From positions 9,317 to 73,316 of the forward strand of contig CALGAK010000025.1 in NCBI GenBank assembly GCA_937954085.1: DNA of 64,000 nt. Reading direction: 5' to 3'. Under the pieces are notes generated by a model that saw nothing but the letters and a program-made list of their open reading frames with translations, was not told the origin of the DNA and searched no databases. Shown here one piece after another: positions 1 to 9,860 of the stretch (the first letter of the stretch is position 1; every line of letters starts with the position of its first letter). The DNA comes from an uncultured Bacteroidota bacterium (lineage in GTDB: Bacteria > Bacteroidota > Bacteroidia > Bacteroidales > M50B96). The position numbers and the translations under genes are program-made.

Positions 1-184
1 TGGTTTCAACACCTACATCGGAGGTGATTAAAATTTCTTCTAATTCATCGAGAACCTCATCGTCGACCTTAGTCTTCCCAGCAATGACGCGCGAAATTTT
101 CTTGAAGACACTTTCGCGTGTTTTTGCAAGTCCTTGATTTAAACTTTCTTTTTTCTCGCGGGAGAATAAGCCAAAAAAAGCCAT
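1..184 (-). CDS. ftsY: Signal recognition particle receptor FtsY, N-terminal fragment (gene runs off the window start)
   Basis: Hand-translated minus-strand ORF with ATG at 182-184: MAFFGLFSREKKESLNQGLAKTRESVFKKISRVIAGKTKVDDEVLDELEEILITSDVGVET. This is the typical FtsY N-terminus. It sits in the Bacteroidota-typical rpmB-rpmG-DUF4295-ftsY order. Confidence 0.75.
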   Translation of the reverse strand, partial: MAFFGLFSREKKESLNQGLAKTRESVFKKISRVIAGKTKVDDEVLDELEEILITSDVGVET

Positions 185-268
185 GATTAAATGATTAACT
201 GATTATAAACAAAAAAAGCTTTCTACGTAGAATGGTAGAAAGCTCCATAAAAGAGGAAGAATATTTCC

Positions 269-427
269 CTATTTTTTATTATCGATAAAATCTTTAACGT
301 GAGTGGAATTCACTATTTCTTCTTTGAAAAAATAGGCTCCTGATTTAGGAGATTTTTCCATTTTAATCACTTTCACGTATTGATTACCTGCTCCGGTTTT
401 AAGCGTTGCTACTACTTTCTTTGCCAT
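269..427 (-). CDS. DUF4295-family small basic protein
   Basis: 52-aa ORF below the track cutoff, read by hand: MAKKVVATLKTGAGNQYVKVIKMEKSPKSGAYFFKEEIVNSTHVKDFIDNKK. A small protein of this kind conventionally follows rpmG in Bacteroidota. Confidence 0.7.
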   Translation of the reverse strand: MAKKVVATLKTGAGNQYVKVIKMEKSPKSGAYFFKEEIVNSTHVKDFIDNKK

Positions 428-434
428 GACTCAA

Positions 435-623
435 TTATTTAATTTCTTTATGTACAGTAACTTTGCGCAAGATAGGATTATATTTTTTCAATTCAAGACG
501 CTCAGTTGTATTCTTACGGTTTTTGGTACTAATGTATCGTGACGTACCGGGCATTCCGCTTTCCTTATGTTCGGTACACTCTAAGATTACTTGTACTCGA
601 TTCCCTTTAGCTTTCTTTGCCAT
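435..623 (-). CDS. rpmG: 50S ribosomal protein L33
   Basis: The 62-aa translation [62 protein letters not shown] is a canonical L33. Confidence 0.95.
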   Translation of the reverse strand: MAKKAKGNRVQVILECTEHKESGMPGTSRYISTKNRKNTTERLELKKYNPILRKVTVHKEIK

Positions 624-635
624 CGCTTTATTCTA

Positions 636-878
636 TTAATAGTTCGTAATGAATCCTTTCATTTTGGCTTCTTCAAGCGCACTCTTTAATCCCTTCTTGT
701 CGATAATCCGAATACCGGCTGCCGATACTTTTAAGTCAACCCATCTGTTCTCTTCCGTTAAGAAGAAGCGCTTCTTAAATAAATTGGGATAAAATTTACG
801 TTTTGTCTTTCTGTTGGAATGTGAAACATGATTTCCAACCATCACTTTCTTACCTGTTATTTCGCAAACTTTTGACAT
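636..878 (-). CDS. rpmB: 50S ribosomal protein L28
   Basis: The 80-aa translation MSKVCEITGKKVMVGNHVSHSNRKTKRKFYPNL... is a canonical L28. It lies directly upstream of rpmG. Confidence 0.95.
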   Translation of the reverse strand: MSKVCEITGKKVMVGNHVSHSNRKTKRKFYPNLFKKRFFLTEENRWVDLKVSAAGIRIIDKKGLKSALEEAKMKGFITNY

Positions 879-1049
879 CGTTTGATTCTTTAAGCTATTC
901 TGTTAGACAATTCTTTAGCGCTATATCGGCAACTAAATTTAAGGGTGCAAATAACGATATAATTCTTTTAATTCACAAGATACCCCATAAAAAAACCGGA
1001 AAGATTTATTAACAAGGACCTGTAAATAACTTGATTAGTACCTGGGAGC

Positions 1050-1964
1050 CTAATCGTTTAAACTCTTAAAACCATTTCCTAATACCTGATGTGTATCAAT
1101 TACCGTAACAAAAGCCTGTGAATCAATCGATTTAATATAGGCCTTCAGAATCTCCATTTCCCTCCTGTTTACAATCGTATAAATCAATTGCTTTTCCTCT
1201 AGGGAATACAATCCTTTCCCATCTAATACCGTTCCTCCTCGTTTTAAGTCGTTGATAATCTTTTTTCGAATCAACTCCGATTTCTCTGAAACAATAATTA
1301 ATGCCTTGTCATAGGTAATACCATTTATAGTGATATCGATCACCTTCCCGGTTATGAAGATGACAATCCAACTGTATAAAGGAATCTTCCAATCCTGAAA
1401 TACAACTAATCCAACTAAGACAATAATGGAATCAATGACAATCATTAACTGACCCAAAGGCAAACCGGTCCGCTTCGAAACTATCATGGCAATAATATCG
1501 GATCCTCCCGAGGTTGCCTTCGATTTGAAGATTAATCCCAGTCCAAAACCAATGAGTACGCCCCCAAAAATACTAGCCAATAGCACCTGATCGGCCAATT
1601 TCAACGGATCGTCCTGCCCTATCAAATAGGTTAAGCTATCCATAAAAGTGGCCGTCAGAAAAAAGCCTAGAACCGTCTTAATCCCGAAACGAGGCCCCAG
1701 AATTTTAATCCCAATGATGGTTAAAGGAATGTCCATGCTCAAGCCTAATAAACCAATGGGAATTCCATCGGGCCAAAACGAAAACAAACCCTGAGTTGAA
1801 TAATGAATAACGATGCCAATTCCATAAACACCGCCGGGAACGATTTGGTAGGGGTTGATAAAAAGGACAAAGCCTGAAGCTAAAATGAATGCTCCAACAA
1901 CAATGAGACTATAAACCCTAAACCACTCCTTGGTCAAAAAGGCTTCCTTAGTTACAAATGACAT
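1050..1964 (-). CDS. YitT-family membrane protein (DUF2179 C-terminal domain)
   Basis: 304 aa. Multiple hydrophobic helices are followed by a soluble C-terminal domain (…GGTVLDGKGLYS…IYTIVNRREMEILKAYIKSID…AFVTVIDTHQVLGNGF), the typical YitT/DUF2179 architecture. Confidence 0.8.
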   Translation of the reverse strand: MSFVTKEAFLTKEWFRVYSLIVVGAFILASGFVLFINPYQIVPGGVYGIGIVIHYSTQGLFSFWPDGIPIGLLGLSMDIPLTIIGIKILGPRFGIKTVLGFFLTATFMDSLTYLIGQDDPLKLADQVLLASIFGGVLIGFGLGLIFKSKATSGGSDIIAMIVSKRTGLPLGQLMIVIDSIIVLVGLVVFQDWKIPLYSWIVIFITGKVIDITINGITYDKALIIVSEKSELIRKKIINDLKRGGTVLDGKGLYSLEEKQLIYTIVNRREMEILKAYIKSIDSQAFVTVIDTHQVLGNGFKSLND

Positions 1965-2075
1965 CTTGTTAAATTATTAGATTTTTGGCAAAGATATGTG
2001 AAATAGTTACGATTTGAATAGCTCTATGTTATAAAGCTATTTTTGTTTGCAATTACCGGGTACTTTAAAAATTGG

Positions 2076-2783
2076 CTATAAAATATGTGTAATTGCCTCA
2101 AGATTAGAAACCTCATAGCTTGGTTTGAAATGTACTTTACGACCATTATGGTTGAGAAATATCTGGTCCAAACCGACTTCCGCAGCTCCACGAATATCAG
2201 CTTCGATGTCGTCGCCAATCATGATACTCTCCTCTGCCTGTGCCCCAGAGTGAGCCAGTGCATAGTTAAAGATGGCAGGATTTGGCTTTTGTACGCCTAA
2301 TTTTTCCGAAGTGAAGACATGGGTAAAGTAACTATCAAGCTGGCAATTAGCAATTTTAGCGTGCTGTACCTCTTCAAACCCATTCGTAATGATATACAAG
2401 CGGTACTTTTGCTTTAAATAGCTTAATAATTCATGGGCATAAGGATATAAATGGGTTTTCGTTTTGCTTCGTTCTACATAGAAGTCTCCCATTTGTTTTG
2501 CCAAAAATTCGTTCTCGATGCCTACTTGTTGCAAAGTAGAGTAAAAGCGATACCACCACAATTTATCCTTCGAAATCAGTTTGTCTCTATACCGTTGCCA
2601 TAATCGTTCATTATTCCGTTCGTATAAATCGAAGAAATTGGTGAAATTGACAAAGCGTTGTTCAGATAAAAAATGAGCGAACAAATCCTGCATCACTTCG
2701 AAGGAATTGCTTGGGAAATCCCATAAAGTACGGTCTAAGTCGATAAATACATGACGATACTTGGTCTTTTTGTTTGTAGACAT
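2076..2783 (-). CDS. HAD-superfamily hydrolase (YjjG-like nucleotidase type)
   Basis: HAD motif I is FIDLDRTLWDF near the N-terminus and motif IV is GDDIEADIRGA near the C-terminus. Its start lies 1 nt from the pyrD stop, so the two are likely co-transcribed. Confidence 0.75.
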   Translation of the reverse strand: MSTNKKTKYRHVFIDLDRTLWDFPSNSFEVMQDLFAHFLSEQRFVNFTNFFDLYERNNERLWQRYRDKLISKDKLWWYRFYSTLQQVGIENEFLAKQMGDFYVERSKTKTHLYPYAHELLSYLKQKYRLYIITNGFEEVQHAKIANCQLDSYFTHVFTSEKLGVQKPNPAIFNYALAHSGAQAEESIMIGDDIEADIRGAAEVGLDQIFLNHNGRKVHFKPSYEVSNLEAITHIL

Positions 2784-2784
2784 G

Positions 2785-3816
2785 CTATGCTTTGAGAAGT
2801 GCTTGATTGATTGCTTTGATTAGGTTGGGGCCTTCGTAAACAAAACCGGTATATAACTGAACTAAACTGGCTCCTGCGTTCAATTTTTCAATGGCATCCT
2901 GTGGTGTAAATATTCCTCCTACGGCGATAATAGGAATCGAATCGCCCGATTGCTTGCGTAAATATCGAATTACCTCTGTCGAGCGTTTGCTTAAAGCTTT
3001 TCCACTTAATCCTCCTGCCCCAAATGCTTCAATCTCTTGAGCTGAGTAGGATAAACCATCGCGACTAATAGTTGTATTGGTGGCGACGATTCCATCGATA
3101 GCTGTTTCGTGTACAATCTCAACAATGTCATTCAGCTGGTCATTGCTTAAATCAGGGGCAATTTTCAAGAGTATCGGTTTAGTTTTAGGATAGGTGGCAT
3201 TTGCTTCTTTGAGGGCAGAAAGTAGCTTTTTTAGTGGTTCTTTGTCCTGCAAAGCCCGGAGATCGGGTGTATTCGGTGAACTCACATTGACTACAAAATA
3301 ATCGACATAAGCGTGCAACTTATGAAATGAAGTTAGGTAATCGTTAACTGCTTCGGAATTAGGGGTAATTTTATTTTTACCAATATTGCCCCCAATGATT
3401 ACGTTTGTTCTTTTGCGCTTAAGTCGCTCTACCGATGCATCTACCCCAGCATTGTTAAATCCCATCCGATTTATTAATGCCGAATCGCGTCGGAGCCTGA
3501 AAACACGAGGCTTGGGATTACCAGGTTGTGGTTTCGGAGTTATTGTTCCAATCTCCACAAAACCAAAGCCCATATTACCCAATACATCAAAAGCCTCAGA
3601 GTCCTTGTCCATACCAGCAGCTAAACCGACAGGATTAGGAAATCGAATTCCAAAGACTTCCCTTTCCAAGCGTGAGTCGCGTATCTGAAACAAACTACGT
3701 ATCAAAGGTTGAGCTAATGGAATCCATTTAGATAAACGGAGAAAAGCAAAAACAAGGTGGTGAATCGTTTCAGGTTGAAACAAAAACAAGATTGGCCGAA
3801 TAACTGCTCGATACAT
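2785..3816 (-). CDS. pyrD: Dihydroorotate dehydrogenase (quinone), class 2
   Basis: Full-length similarity pattern to PyrD (…GLAAGMDKD…, …[10 protein letters not shown]…, …NVSSPNTP…, …GGLSG…). I place the start at the internal [11 protein letters not shown] (3816), which resembles the usual PyrD N-terminus. The track ORF extends to 3882 and would overlap the upstream gene. Confidence 0.9.
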   Translation of the reverse strand: MYRAVIRPILFLFQPETIHHLVFAFLRLSKWIPLAQPLIRSLFQIRDSRLEREVFGIRFPNPVGLAAGMDKDSEAFDVLGNMGFGFVEIGTITPKPQPGNPKPRVFRLRRDSALINRMGFNNAGVDASVERLKRKRTNVIIGGNIGKNKITPNSEAVNDYLTSFHKLHAYVDYFVVNVSSPNTPDLRALQDKEPLKKLLSALKEANATYPKTKPILLKIAPDLSNDQLNDIVEIVHETAIDGIVATNTTISRDGLSYSAQEIEAFGAGGLSGKALSKRSTEVIRYLRKQSGDSIPIIAVGGIFTPQDAIEKLNAGASLVQLYTGFVYEGPNLIKAINQALLKA

Positions 3817-3862
3817 CGTCTGGTAATTTTTCGGCAAAGATATAAAGCCAATTGGAAGTGAG

Positions 3863-4321
3863 CTATGGATAAAGCTCAACAAAAGTGTGGTCGGAATAAA
3901 AAACGACTACTTTGTTAATGCGCTTTTCATCGTGAAAGGACGAAGGCGTAGGCGTTTGTGAGGGTGGCGCAATTTTTTCCTCTGCACTAAACTTACTGGT
4001 TCGTTCGACATTTCGGGTTTTAGAGCGATCCTCTGTAGGCTCATCGGCATGCATGACTGACTGGTCACTACCCTTAATTAGATTGTCAAAAAGATTGCCA
4101 GAAGGCTTTCCGCTTAACATGGTACCTTTGCCTAAAATAAGCCAATCGAGCTGAACCTCAGGGAATTTCTGGGTTAGTTTCACAATGGTATCGGTACTTA
4201 AGTAATTCCTATTTCCATTCAAAATATGCGACAAGCCCGATGGACTAACGCCGATAATTTTAGCGAATTCGGCGGCAGTAAGTTGATAGTACTGCAAAAT
4301 TTCCTGAATGCGATTTTTCAT
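3863..4321 (-). CDS. XRE-family helix-turn-helix DNA-binding protein
   Basis: N-terminal HTH: [42 protein letters not shown]. The C-terminal half is low-complexity. The start was chosen at MKNRIQ; the track ORF begins 7 codons earlier, at 4342. Confidence 0.7.
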   Translation of the reverse strand: MKNRIQEILQYYQLTAAEFAKIIGVSPSGLSHILNGNRNYLSTDTIVKLTQKFPEVQLDWLILGKGTMLSGKPSGNLFDNLIKGSDQSVMHADEPTEDRSKTRNVERTSKFSAEEKIAPPSQTPTPSSFHDEKRINKVVVFYSDHTFVELYP

Positions 4322-5138
4322 GACCGTAGAATTGAGTAACATTTATCAATCACAAATGTAATGCTTTTTCAATACAAATGTAATTCACTCAATATTACTT
4401 TTGTAACCTAACATAAAGATGAGTTGATTTACATTTGTAATCCCTAGGGTTATACTTCTTTCATAAAATACAAAACCTGAGCTATAACCAATGGTCATCC
4501 GTTTATGGTTCAAATTCGCCTTAGGTAATCGATCGTATCCATTCCTCCTGCGAATATCGATTATATTGCTAAAACAAATAGCCATTCGCATATCTTTAAA
4601 ACTCATTATCAATGTATTATAGTTCAATTGTTTCTAGAGTTTGAAAGGTCCATTCCGAGCAAAAGAGCATCCATAATGACACATATTATAAAATTGATTA
4701 TCAATAAATTATATAAATTAGGCCGAAATGCAAAATGGATGAAATTGTGCCTATCGGAGGAATTACTTATTAATCAAAACGCTAGTATTCTGTGACTTAT
4801 GATTTATGAGATTTCTCCGTTGACTGAAACTTGAGATAAATCGTCTAATTAACTGATTAACAGCCTTAAATTGACATCTATAATTTTATTGAATCGTAAA
4901 GTTAGCTATTTGGAGACTATTTTAACAATCAACTACCTGAGATATAAGTATTATAAACATTGGTTATTAATTAGTTAGCTGTTAGTTTTTAGTGAAAATA
5001 TATGAGTAATTCCTGCCACCGAACCTACTAGCTATTAGTCATGAATATTTACTATAGTAAATCCTTCTTACTCCATTTATTTAACTTTGAATTTGATTAA
5101 GTGTCCAATAGTTTACATATGTAACCATTAGCGAACAT

Positions 5139-5168
5139 AAAAAACCCCCTACTCCATGAGTAGAGGGT
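5139..5168 (-). terminator. Rho-independent terminator downstream of iorB
   Basis: The minus strand reads CCCTCTACT-CATGG-AGTAGGGGG followed by TTTTTT, about 75 nt after the iorB stop. Confidence 0.6.
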
Positions 5169-5242
5169 TACATTTGTATTGTCAAAGATTTTCTAAGAAC
5201 TCTTCCCTAAAAGAAGTTTTAGCACATGGAAAAATCAATCCA

Positions 5243-5818
5243 TTAAGAATGGGCTAACTCTCTTCCTTTATAAAACGCAGTAATATTTTGATCAATTACT
5301 TTACTACCCTTCTTCTCGAAAAGCTTTATGATAGCATTTTCCAAAACGGCTAATTCAAAGCCCAGGTGTTCCGATGCAGCACCCAGTATAATTACATTGG
5401 TACTGCGACGTGCATTCAGATCTTTAGCTATTGTATCGGCATCTACGAGGATATGATTAGGAATCTTTCTCACTTCGCTAATAATCCCCTCAATGTCCGG
5501 ATAATTTTCGATGTTGTTGTAGGGATTGGTGTTCGTAATAATCCATCCCTCCATCGATAAGCGAGGTAGATGCCTCAGTGCTTCGAGTGGTTCAATGGAA
5601 ATTATCATATCGGCTTTACCTTCCGGGATCAAATCGGAAGCAATCGGTTTATCGGAATAACGCAAATTAGAAAGTACATCGCCTCCTCGCTGGCTCATTC
5701 CATGCACTTCGGATTGCTTTAAATTCAGACCGGATTCCAACGCCGCAGTCCCAATAATAGCTGCCATGGAAACAATTCCTTGTCCTCCTACTCCCGAAAT
5801 AATAATATCTTTTTTCAT
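5243..5818 (-). CDS. iorB: Indolepyruvate:ferredoxin oxidoreductase, beta subunit
   Basis: MKKDIIISGVGGQGIVSMAAIIG…HGMSQRGG is the characteristic IorB / 2-oxoacid:ferredoxin oxidoreductase gamma-type N-terminus. It lies downstream of iorA. The track ORF starts 14 codons earlier, at 5860. Confidence 0.85.
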   Translation of the reverse strand: MKKDIIISGVGGQGIVSMAAIIGTAALESGLNLKQSEVHGMSQRGGDVLSNLRYSDKPIASDLIPEGKADMIISIEPLEALRHLPRLSMEGWIITNTNPYNNIENYPDIEGIISEVRKIPNHILVDADTIAKDLNARRSTNVIILGAASEHLGFELAVLENAIIKLFEKKGSKVIDQNITAFYKGRELAHS

Positions 5819-6011
5819 CTGTATATAATTTGATTTTTCAAGGTCAAATGGAATACTCATGCTAGAGTCATCGCGGTTAATGAGACTAATTTATCACATG
5901 AGTATTTCGTTCTTGTACTATTGTACCATTACTTTAGGTACCTCAATTAAAATTTACAGGGAGATGTATTCAACCAATTACTATACTAATAATACTCCCC
6001 TTTCATGTGTT

Positions 6012-7631
6012 TTACTGCGTTTTATCTTTAAATTTTTGGCGCATTCTCTGATCCAGCACAACAATACACTCACGTCGAGGGATGATTACCGATACTCCTG
6101 GGTAGTTTAGTTCTTCTTCGATGACTTGAATATTCTCTTCGTGGAATTTTTTGAGAGGTCGGATTACGCGTATATGCTCCTCAGCAACGCCAACTCCTCT
6201 AACAATATCTTCCAAACGATTTCCGACAGCTGCCGAATTTTGACCACCAGTCATAGCAGTTGTATCGTTGTCTAGTATAAACACGGTAACATTCGATCCA
6301 TCGTTTACAGCATCGATGAGTCCGGTAATACCCGAATGAGTAAAAGTTGAATCTCCAATCACAGCAATTGCTGGAACTAGTCCAGCGTCGGCGGCTCCTT
6401 TAGCCATGGTGATGCTGGCGCCCATATCCACACAGGTATTGATAGCACTGTAAGGAGGGAGAGCACCCAAAGTGTAACACCCGATATCGGCAAAAACACG
6501 ACCTTTCGAATAGTGCTTAGCAATAACCTCATTAATAGCTTTATAAGAATCGATATGCGGGCAACCGGCACAGAGAGCTGGTGGTCTTGGCACTACAATA
6601 TCAGGAACCGGACGTTTCTCTGGTTCAGGAAAACCGAGTGCTTTGCCAACTTTCACCGGATTGAGTTCACCGTCGAATGCTAGCGTACCATCCATTCTTC
6701 CTTTAATTTTTTTACCAATATTTAAAGAGCCTCGAAGTGCTTCTTCGATTAGCGGGTAGCCCTCTTCGAATACGATTAGTTCATCGCATTCGTCGTAGAT
6801 TTCCTGGAGCATTTCGTTTGGAACCGGATATTGACCAATTTTTAGTACCGGGTATGGAATTTCCTGATTAGGATAATTTTCCTGCAGGTAATTATACGCG
6901 ATTCCGGTGGCAATGATACCCAACGACTTATCATTCCCTTTCAGGTAGCTGTTATAGCCAGATTCCAACGCTGCCTTTTTAAAATGTTCCTGATTGTGAA
7001 TCAAGGTTTTATAATTTTCCCTGGCAATCGATGGCAGTAAAACGAATTGTGTTAATCTTTCGGGCAGTCTGAGCTCGTTTTGTTCTCGAGTAATCAACCG
7101 TGGTGCAACTCCGGCTCGTGAATGCGCCAGTCGGGTTGTTATCCTTAACAGCACAGGAGTTTTTAGTACCTCCGATAGGTCGAATGCATAATGAACCATA
7201 TCGTAAGCTTCTTGCTGATGATGTGGTTCGAGGACAGGAATCATTGCAAATTTGCCAAAGAATCGTGAATCTTGCTCGTTTTGAGATGAATGCATCGACG
7301 GGTCATCGGCTACTACCACCACTAAGCCTCCATTTGCTCCGGTTATCGCAGAATTAACAAATGCATCGGCGGCCACATTTAAACCGACATGTTTCATGCA
7401 AACCATGCTTCGTTTGCCGGCATACGACATTCCCAAAGCGCCTTCCATGGCGGTTTTTTCGTTGGTAGCCCATGAAGAACGAATATTCTTCTCTTTTGCT
7501 TCTTCCGATTTTTGAATGTATTCGGTGATTTCGGTAGAGGGAGTTCCCGGATAAGCATATACGCCCGAGATACCTGCGTCGATGGCTGCCTGGGCAATGG
7601 CTTCATCGCCCATTAAAAGGTGTTTTTCCAT
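6012..7631 (-). CDS. iorA: Indolepyruvate:ferredoxin oxidoreductase, alpha subunit
   Basis: ~540 aa with MGDEAIAQAAIDAG…YPGTPSTEI, a TPP-binding GDSTFTHSG motif and a CxGCPH cysteine motif. The start was chosen at MEKHLLMGDEA; the track start is 7667. Confidence 0.9.
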   Translation of the reverse strand: MEKHLLMGDEAIAQAAIDAGISGVYAYPGTPSTEITEYIQKSEEAKEKNIRSSWATNEKTAMEGALGMSYAGKRSMVCMKHVGLNVAADAFVNSAITGANGGLVVVVADDPSMHSSQNEQDSRFFGKFAMIPVLEPHHQQEAYDMVHYAFDLSEVLKTPVLLRITTRLAHSRAGVAPRLITREQNELRLPERLTQFVLLPSIARENYKTLIHNQEHFKKAALESGYNSYLKGNDKSLGIIATGIAYNYLQENYPNQEIPYPVLKIGQYPVPNEMLQEIYDECDELIVFEEGYPLIEEALRGSLNIGKKIKGRMDGTLAFDGELNPVKVGKALGFPEPEKRPVPDIVVPRPPALCAGCPHIDSYKAINEVIAKHYSKGRVFADIGCYTLGALPPYSAINTCVDMGASITMAKGAADAGLVPAIAVIGDSTFTHSGITGLIDAVNDGSNVTVFILDNDTTAMTGGQNSAAVGNRLEDIVRGVGVAEEHIRVIRPLKKFHEENIQVIEEELNYPGVSVIIPRRECIVVLDQRMRQKFKDKTQ

Positions 7632-7891
7632 CTTATTTTGTTTATTAATTATCAATGTTTCATGCAAAAATAGGTATAAATAACAGCAAGGAAAATGTAT
7701 TATACGACATGAAAAAGTCAGTCGAAATACTCATAAAATCAGGGGTTAGGAGTATAGGAAGGTGGTCTTATTCACTATTATGCAACCCGCTACTCAACTA
7801 TTGGATTGGATGCTCAGCAAGGTCTCAATTAAAAGGGGGAAAAGCTTCTAAAACGAACGAGGGAATTTAAAGAGAAAGAGGGACGTAAGGA

Positions 7892-7918
7892 TAAAAAAAA
7901 AGGAGGTAACACCCTCCC
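7892..7918 (-). terminator. Rho-independent terminator after the DUF2795 gene
   Basis: The minus strand reads GGAGG-GTGTTA-CCTCC followed by a run of about 10 T, immediately after the stop at 7920-7922. Confidence 0.55.
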
Positions 7919-7919
7919 A

Positions 7920-8141
7920 TTAATATTCATCTTCGTTGAAGAAAAAATCGTCTTTGCTTGGATAATCCGGCCAAATATCTTCAATACTTTCGTAAATATC
8001 GCCTTCATCTTCAATCTCTTGAAGATTCTCGATGACTTCCAAAGGAGCACCGGAACGGATAGCGAAATCGATTAATTCTTCTTTGGTAGCCGGCCAGGGG
8101 GCATCTTCCAGTTTTGAGGCTAATTCGAGTGTCCAGTACAT
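7920..8141 (-). CDS. DUF2795 domain protein
   Basis: The 73-aa acidic protein MYWTLELASKLEDAPWPATKEELIDFAIRSGAPLEVIENLQEIE… matches my recollection of the DUF2795 family pattern. Confidence 0.8.
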   Translation of the reverse strand: MYWTLELASKLEDAPWPATKEELIDFAIRSGAPLEVIENLQEIEDEGDIYESIEDIWPDYPSKDDFFFNEDEY

Positions 8142-8299
8142 AATCGAAAATTTATGATAGTCTATGATTCATTCTTAAAATCGCGCAAATATAAAAATTA
8201 TTTTGTCGCGCCGACACGGTGTTAATAAGCTTATCGAAAATGTTAATCATTTTCTGCGCTGCTTTAAGAGATGCGACTTAAAAGCTTAAGTATCATTAA

Positions 8300-8845
8300 T
8301 TAAGATGATTTCCATGGTAATTCAGGCACATCCAGTTCACGATGAAGATGGCGCGAAAAAACGAAGAAGAAGTCGGACAATCGATTTAGATACTTTAGAA
8401 CCAGATCGTTTATCGGAACCTCATCCATTAATCGGATTAATTCTCTCTCAACCCGCCGGCATACAGTTCTGACCACATGAGTGAGGGAAATGGTAGGATG
8501 TCCACCTGGTAAAACAAAATTCCGCAATGGAATCAAGTCGGCATCCATTTGATCGATTTCTTTTTCTAAGGAGACGATATCTTCTTCGTGAATATGCGGA
8601 AGCTGTTTTAAAAACGATTCATCTTCACATGCAAGAATGGAAGAAATTACCATTAAACGATCTTCCATTTCGAGCAATAAAGCCTTGTAGTGAGAATTTT
8701 CGAGCGTATCGCGCAAGTAGGCAATAAATGCTATGAGTTCATCAACCGAACCATAGGCTTCTATTCGTTTGTGACTTTTCTTGACACGCTGACCACCAAC
8801 CAAGCTGGTGCTTCCTTTATCGCCGGTTTTAGTATAAATTTTCAT
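8300..8845 (-). CDS. ATP:cob(I)alamin adenosyltransferase, PduO type
   Basis: MKIYTKTGDKGSTSLVGGQRVKKSHKRIEAYGSVDEL… is the hallmark PduO-type ATR N-terminus. Its 181-aa length is typical. Confidence 0.85.
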   Translation of the reverse strand: MKIYTKTGDKGSTSLVGGQRVKKSHKRIEAYGSVDELIAFIAYLRDTLENSHYKALLLEMEDRLMVISSILACEDESFLKQLPHIHEEDIVSLEKEIDQMDADLIPLRNFVLPGGHPTISLTHVVRTVCRRVERELIRLMDEVPINDLVLKYLNRLSDFFFVFSRHLHRELDVPELPWKSS

Positions 8846-9123
8846 GGATTGATAATCTTGTTTTTACGTTTTAGTATTCTTGATTTGAGGGTTCCTTTTT
8901 TTATCCAAAGAGAGTCTCCTTTTAACACGCATGTTTGATGGTCGCTAATTTTCTTATAATGAACCAAACAGACATATTTCATTTACAACTCATGCTTTGT
9001 ACATCGGGAAAACTCCCCGATTTGGGACTTAAGTAATAATAATGGTTTTAATAGTCGTGCCCCTTTTAAAGCAATTAACCGGAAAGAAGTTTAGCAAAAC
9101 CTAAAAAAAAAATGAAAAAAATA

Positions 9124-9843
9124 TCAACCTTCCTTTGCAATGATCGGTGTGTTAACGATTGGCTCTACATTTCGTTCGTCCGATGAAACCATTCCGTCCA
9201 TCAAGCGAATAATTCGATGGGCATGTCGGGCGATGTCTTCTTCGTGAGTAACCAAAATAATTGTATTTCCTTTTGCGTGAATTTCCTGAAAAAGATTCAT
9301 GATATCGACCGATGTTTTCGAATCAAGATTTCCCGTTGGCTCGTCGGCCAGAATGATACTCGGGTTATTTACTAAAGCCCTTGCAACGGCAACCCGCTGA
9401 CGTTGTCCTCCGGACAATTCATTGGGCTTATGATGCTTTCGGCTACCTAGACCGACACTATCGAGCACCTCTTCCGATTTTTTCACTCGCTCTTTTTTAG
9501 GATAACCAGCATAAATAAGCGGTAATTCGACGTTCTCCAGCGCATTGTAGCGAGGCAAGAGATTGAACGTTTGAAAGACAAACCCAATTTCTTTGTTTCG
9601 AATTTCAGCGAGTCTATCGTCTAGTTGAATGCTCACATCCTTGTTGTTCAATACGTAGCTGCCAGATGTGGGAGTATCCAGACAGCCAATTACATTCATT
9701 AGGGTTGATTTTCCCGAACCGCTTGGCCCCATGATAGCTACATAGTCGCCACGAGCAATGCTCAGGCTCACGCCCCGCAGAGCTTCGATTGTTTCGCTGC
9801 CAACATGATAGTGCTTTACAATATCCTTCAGCTCAATTACCAT
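9124..9843 (-). CDS. ABC transporter ATP-binding protein (MacB/LolD-like)
   Basis: Walker A is GPSGSGKST, the signature is LSGGQRQR and Walker B is [11 protein letters not shown]. The start was chosen at [12 protein letters not shown]. The track start at 9870 would overlap the tilS end. Confidence 0.85.
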   Translation of the reverse strand: MVIELKDIVKHYHVGSETIEALRGVSLSIARGDYVAIMGPSGSGKSTLMNVIGCLDTPTSGSYVLNNKDVSIQLDDRLAEIRNKEIGFVFQTFNLLPRYNALENVELPLIYAGYPKKERVKKSEEVLDSVGLGSRKHHKPNELSGGQRQRVAVARALVNNPSIILADEPTGNLDSKTSVDIMNLFQEIHAKGNTIILVTHEEDIARHAHRIIRLMDGMVSSDERNVEPIVNTPIIAKEG

Positions 9844-9860
9844 TGTTTGTTGTTCTTCGA

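Noticed and set aside
4385-4627. An 80-aa minus-strand ORF inside the AT-rich gap upstream of the HTH gene.
   Set aside because: It has an odd composition and no recognisable motifs. It lies in DNA where all other frames are full of stops. It is most likely a chance ORF in AT-rich sequence.
5859-6110. An 83-aa plus-strand ORF between iorB and iorA.
   Set aside because: It overlaps the 3' end of iorA on the opposite strand, and its sequence is low-complexity (Tyr/Thr/Asn/Ile-rich).
8846-9123. A possible cobalamin riboswitch in the ~280-nt leader upstream of the PduO-type adenosyltransferase gene.
   Set aside because: Reading the minus strand, I found no B12-box-like core (GCCACTG) or the surrounding conserved stems. 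Only a covariance-model search could settle it.
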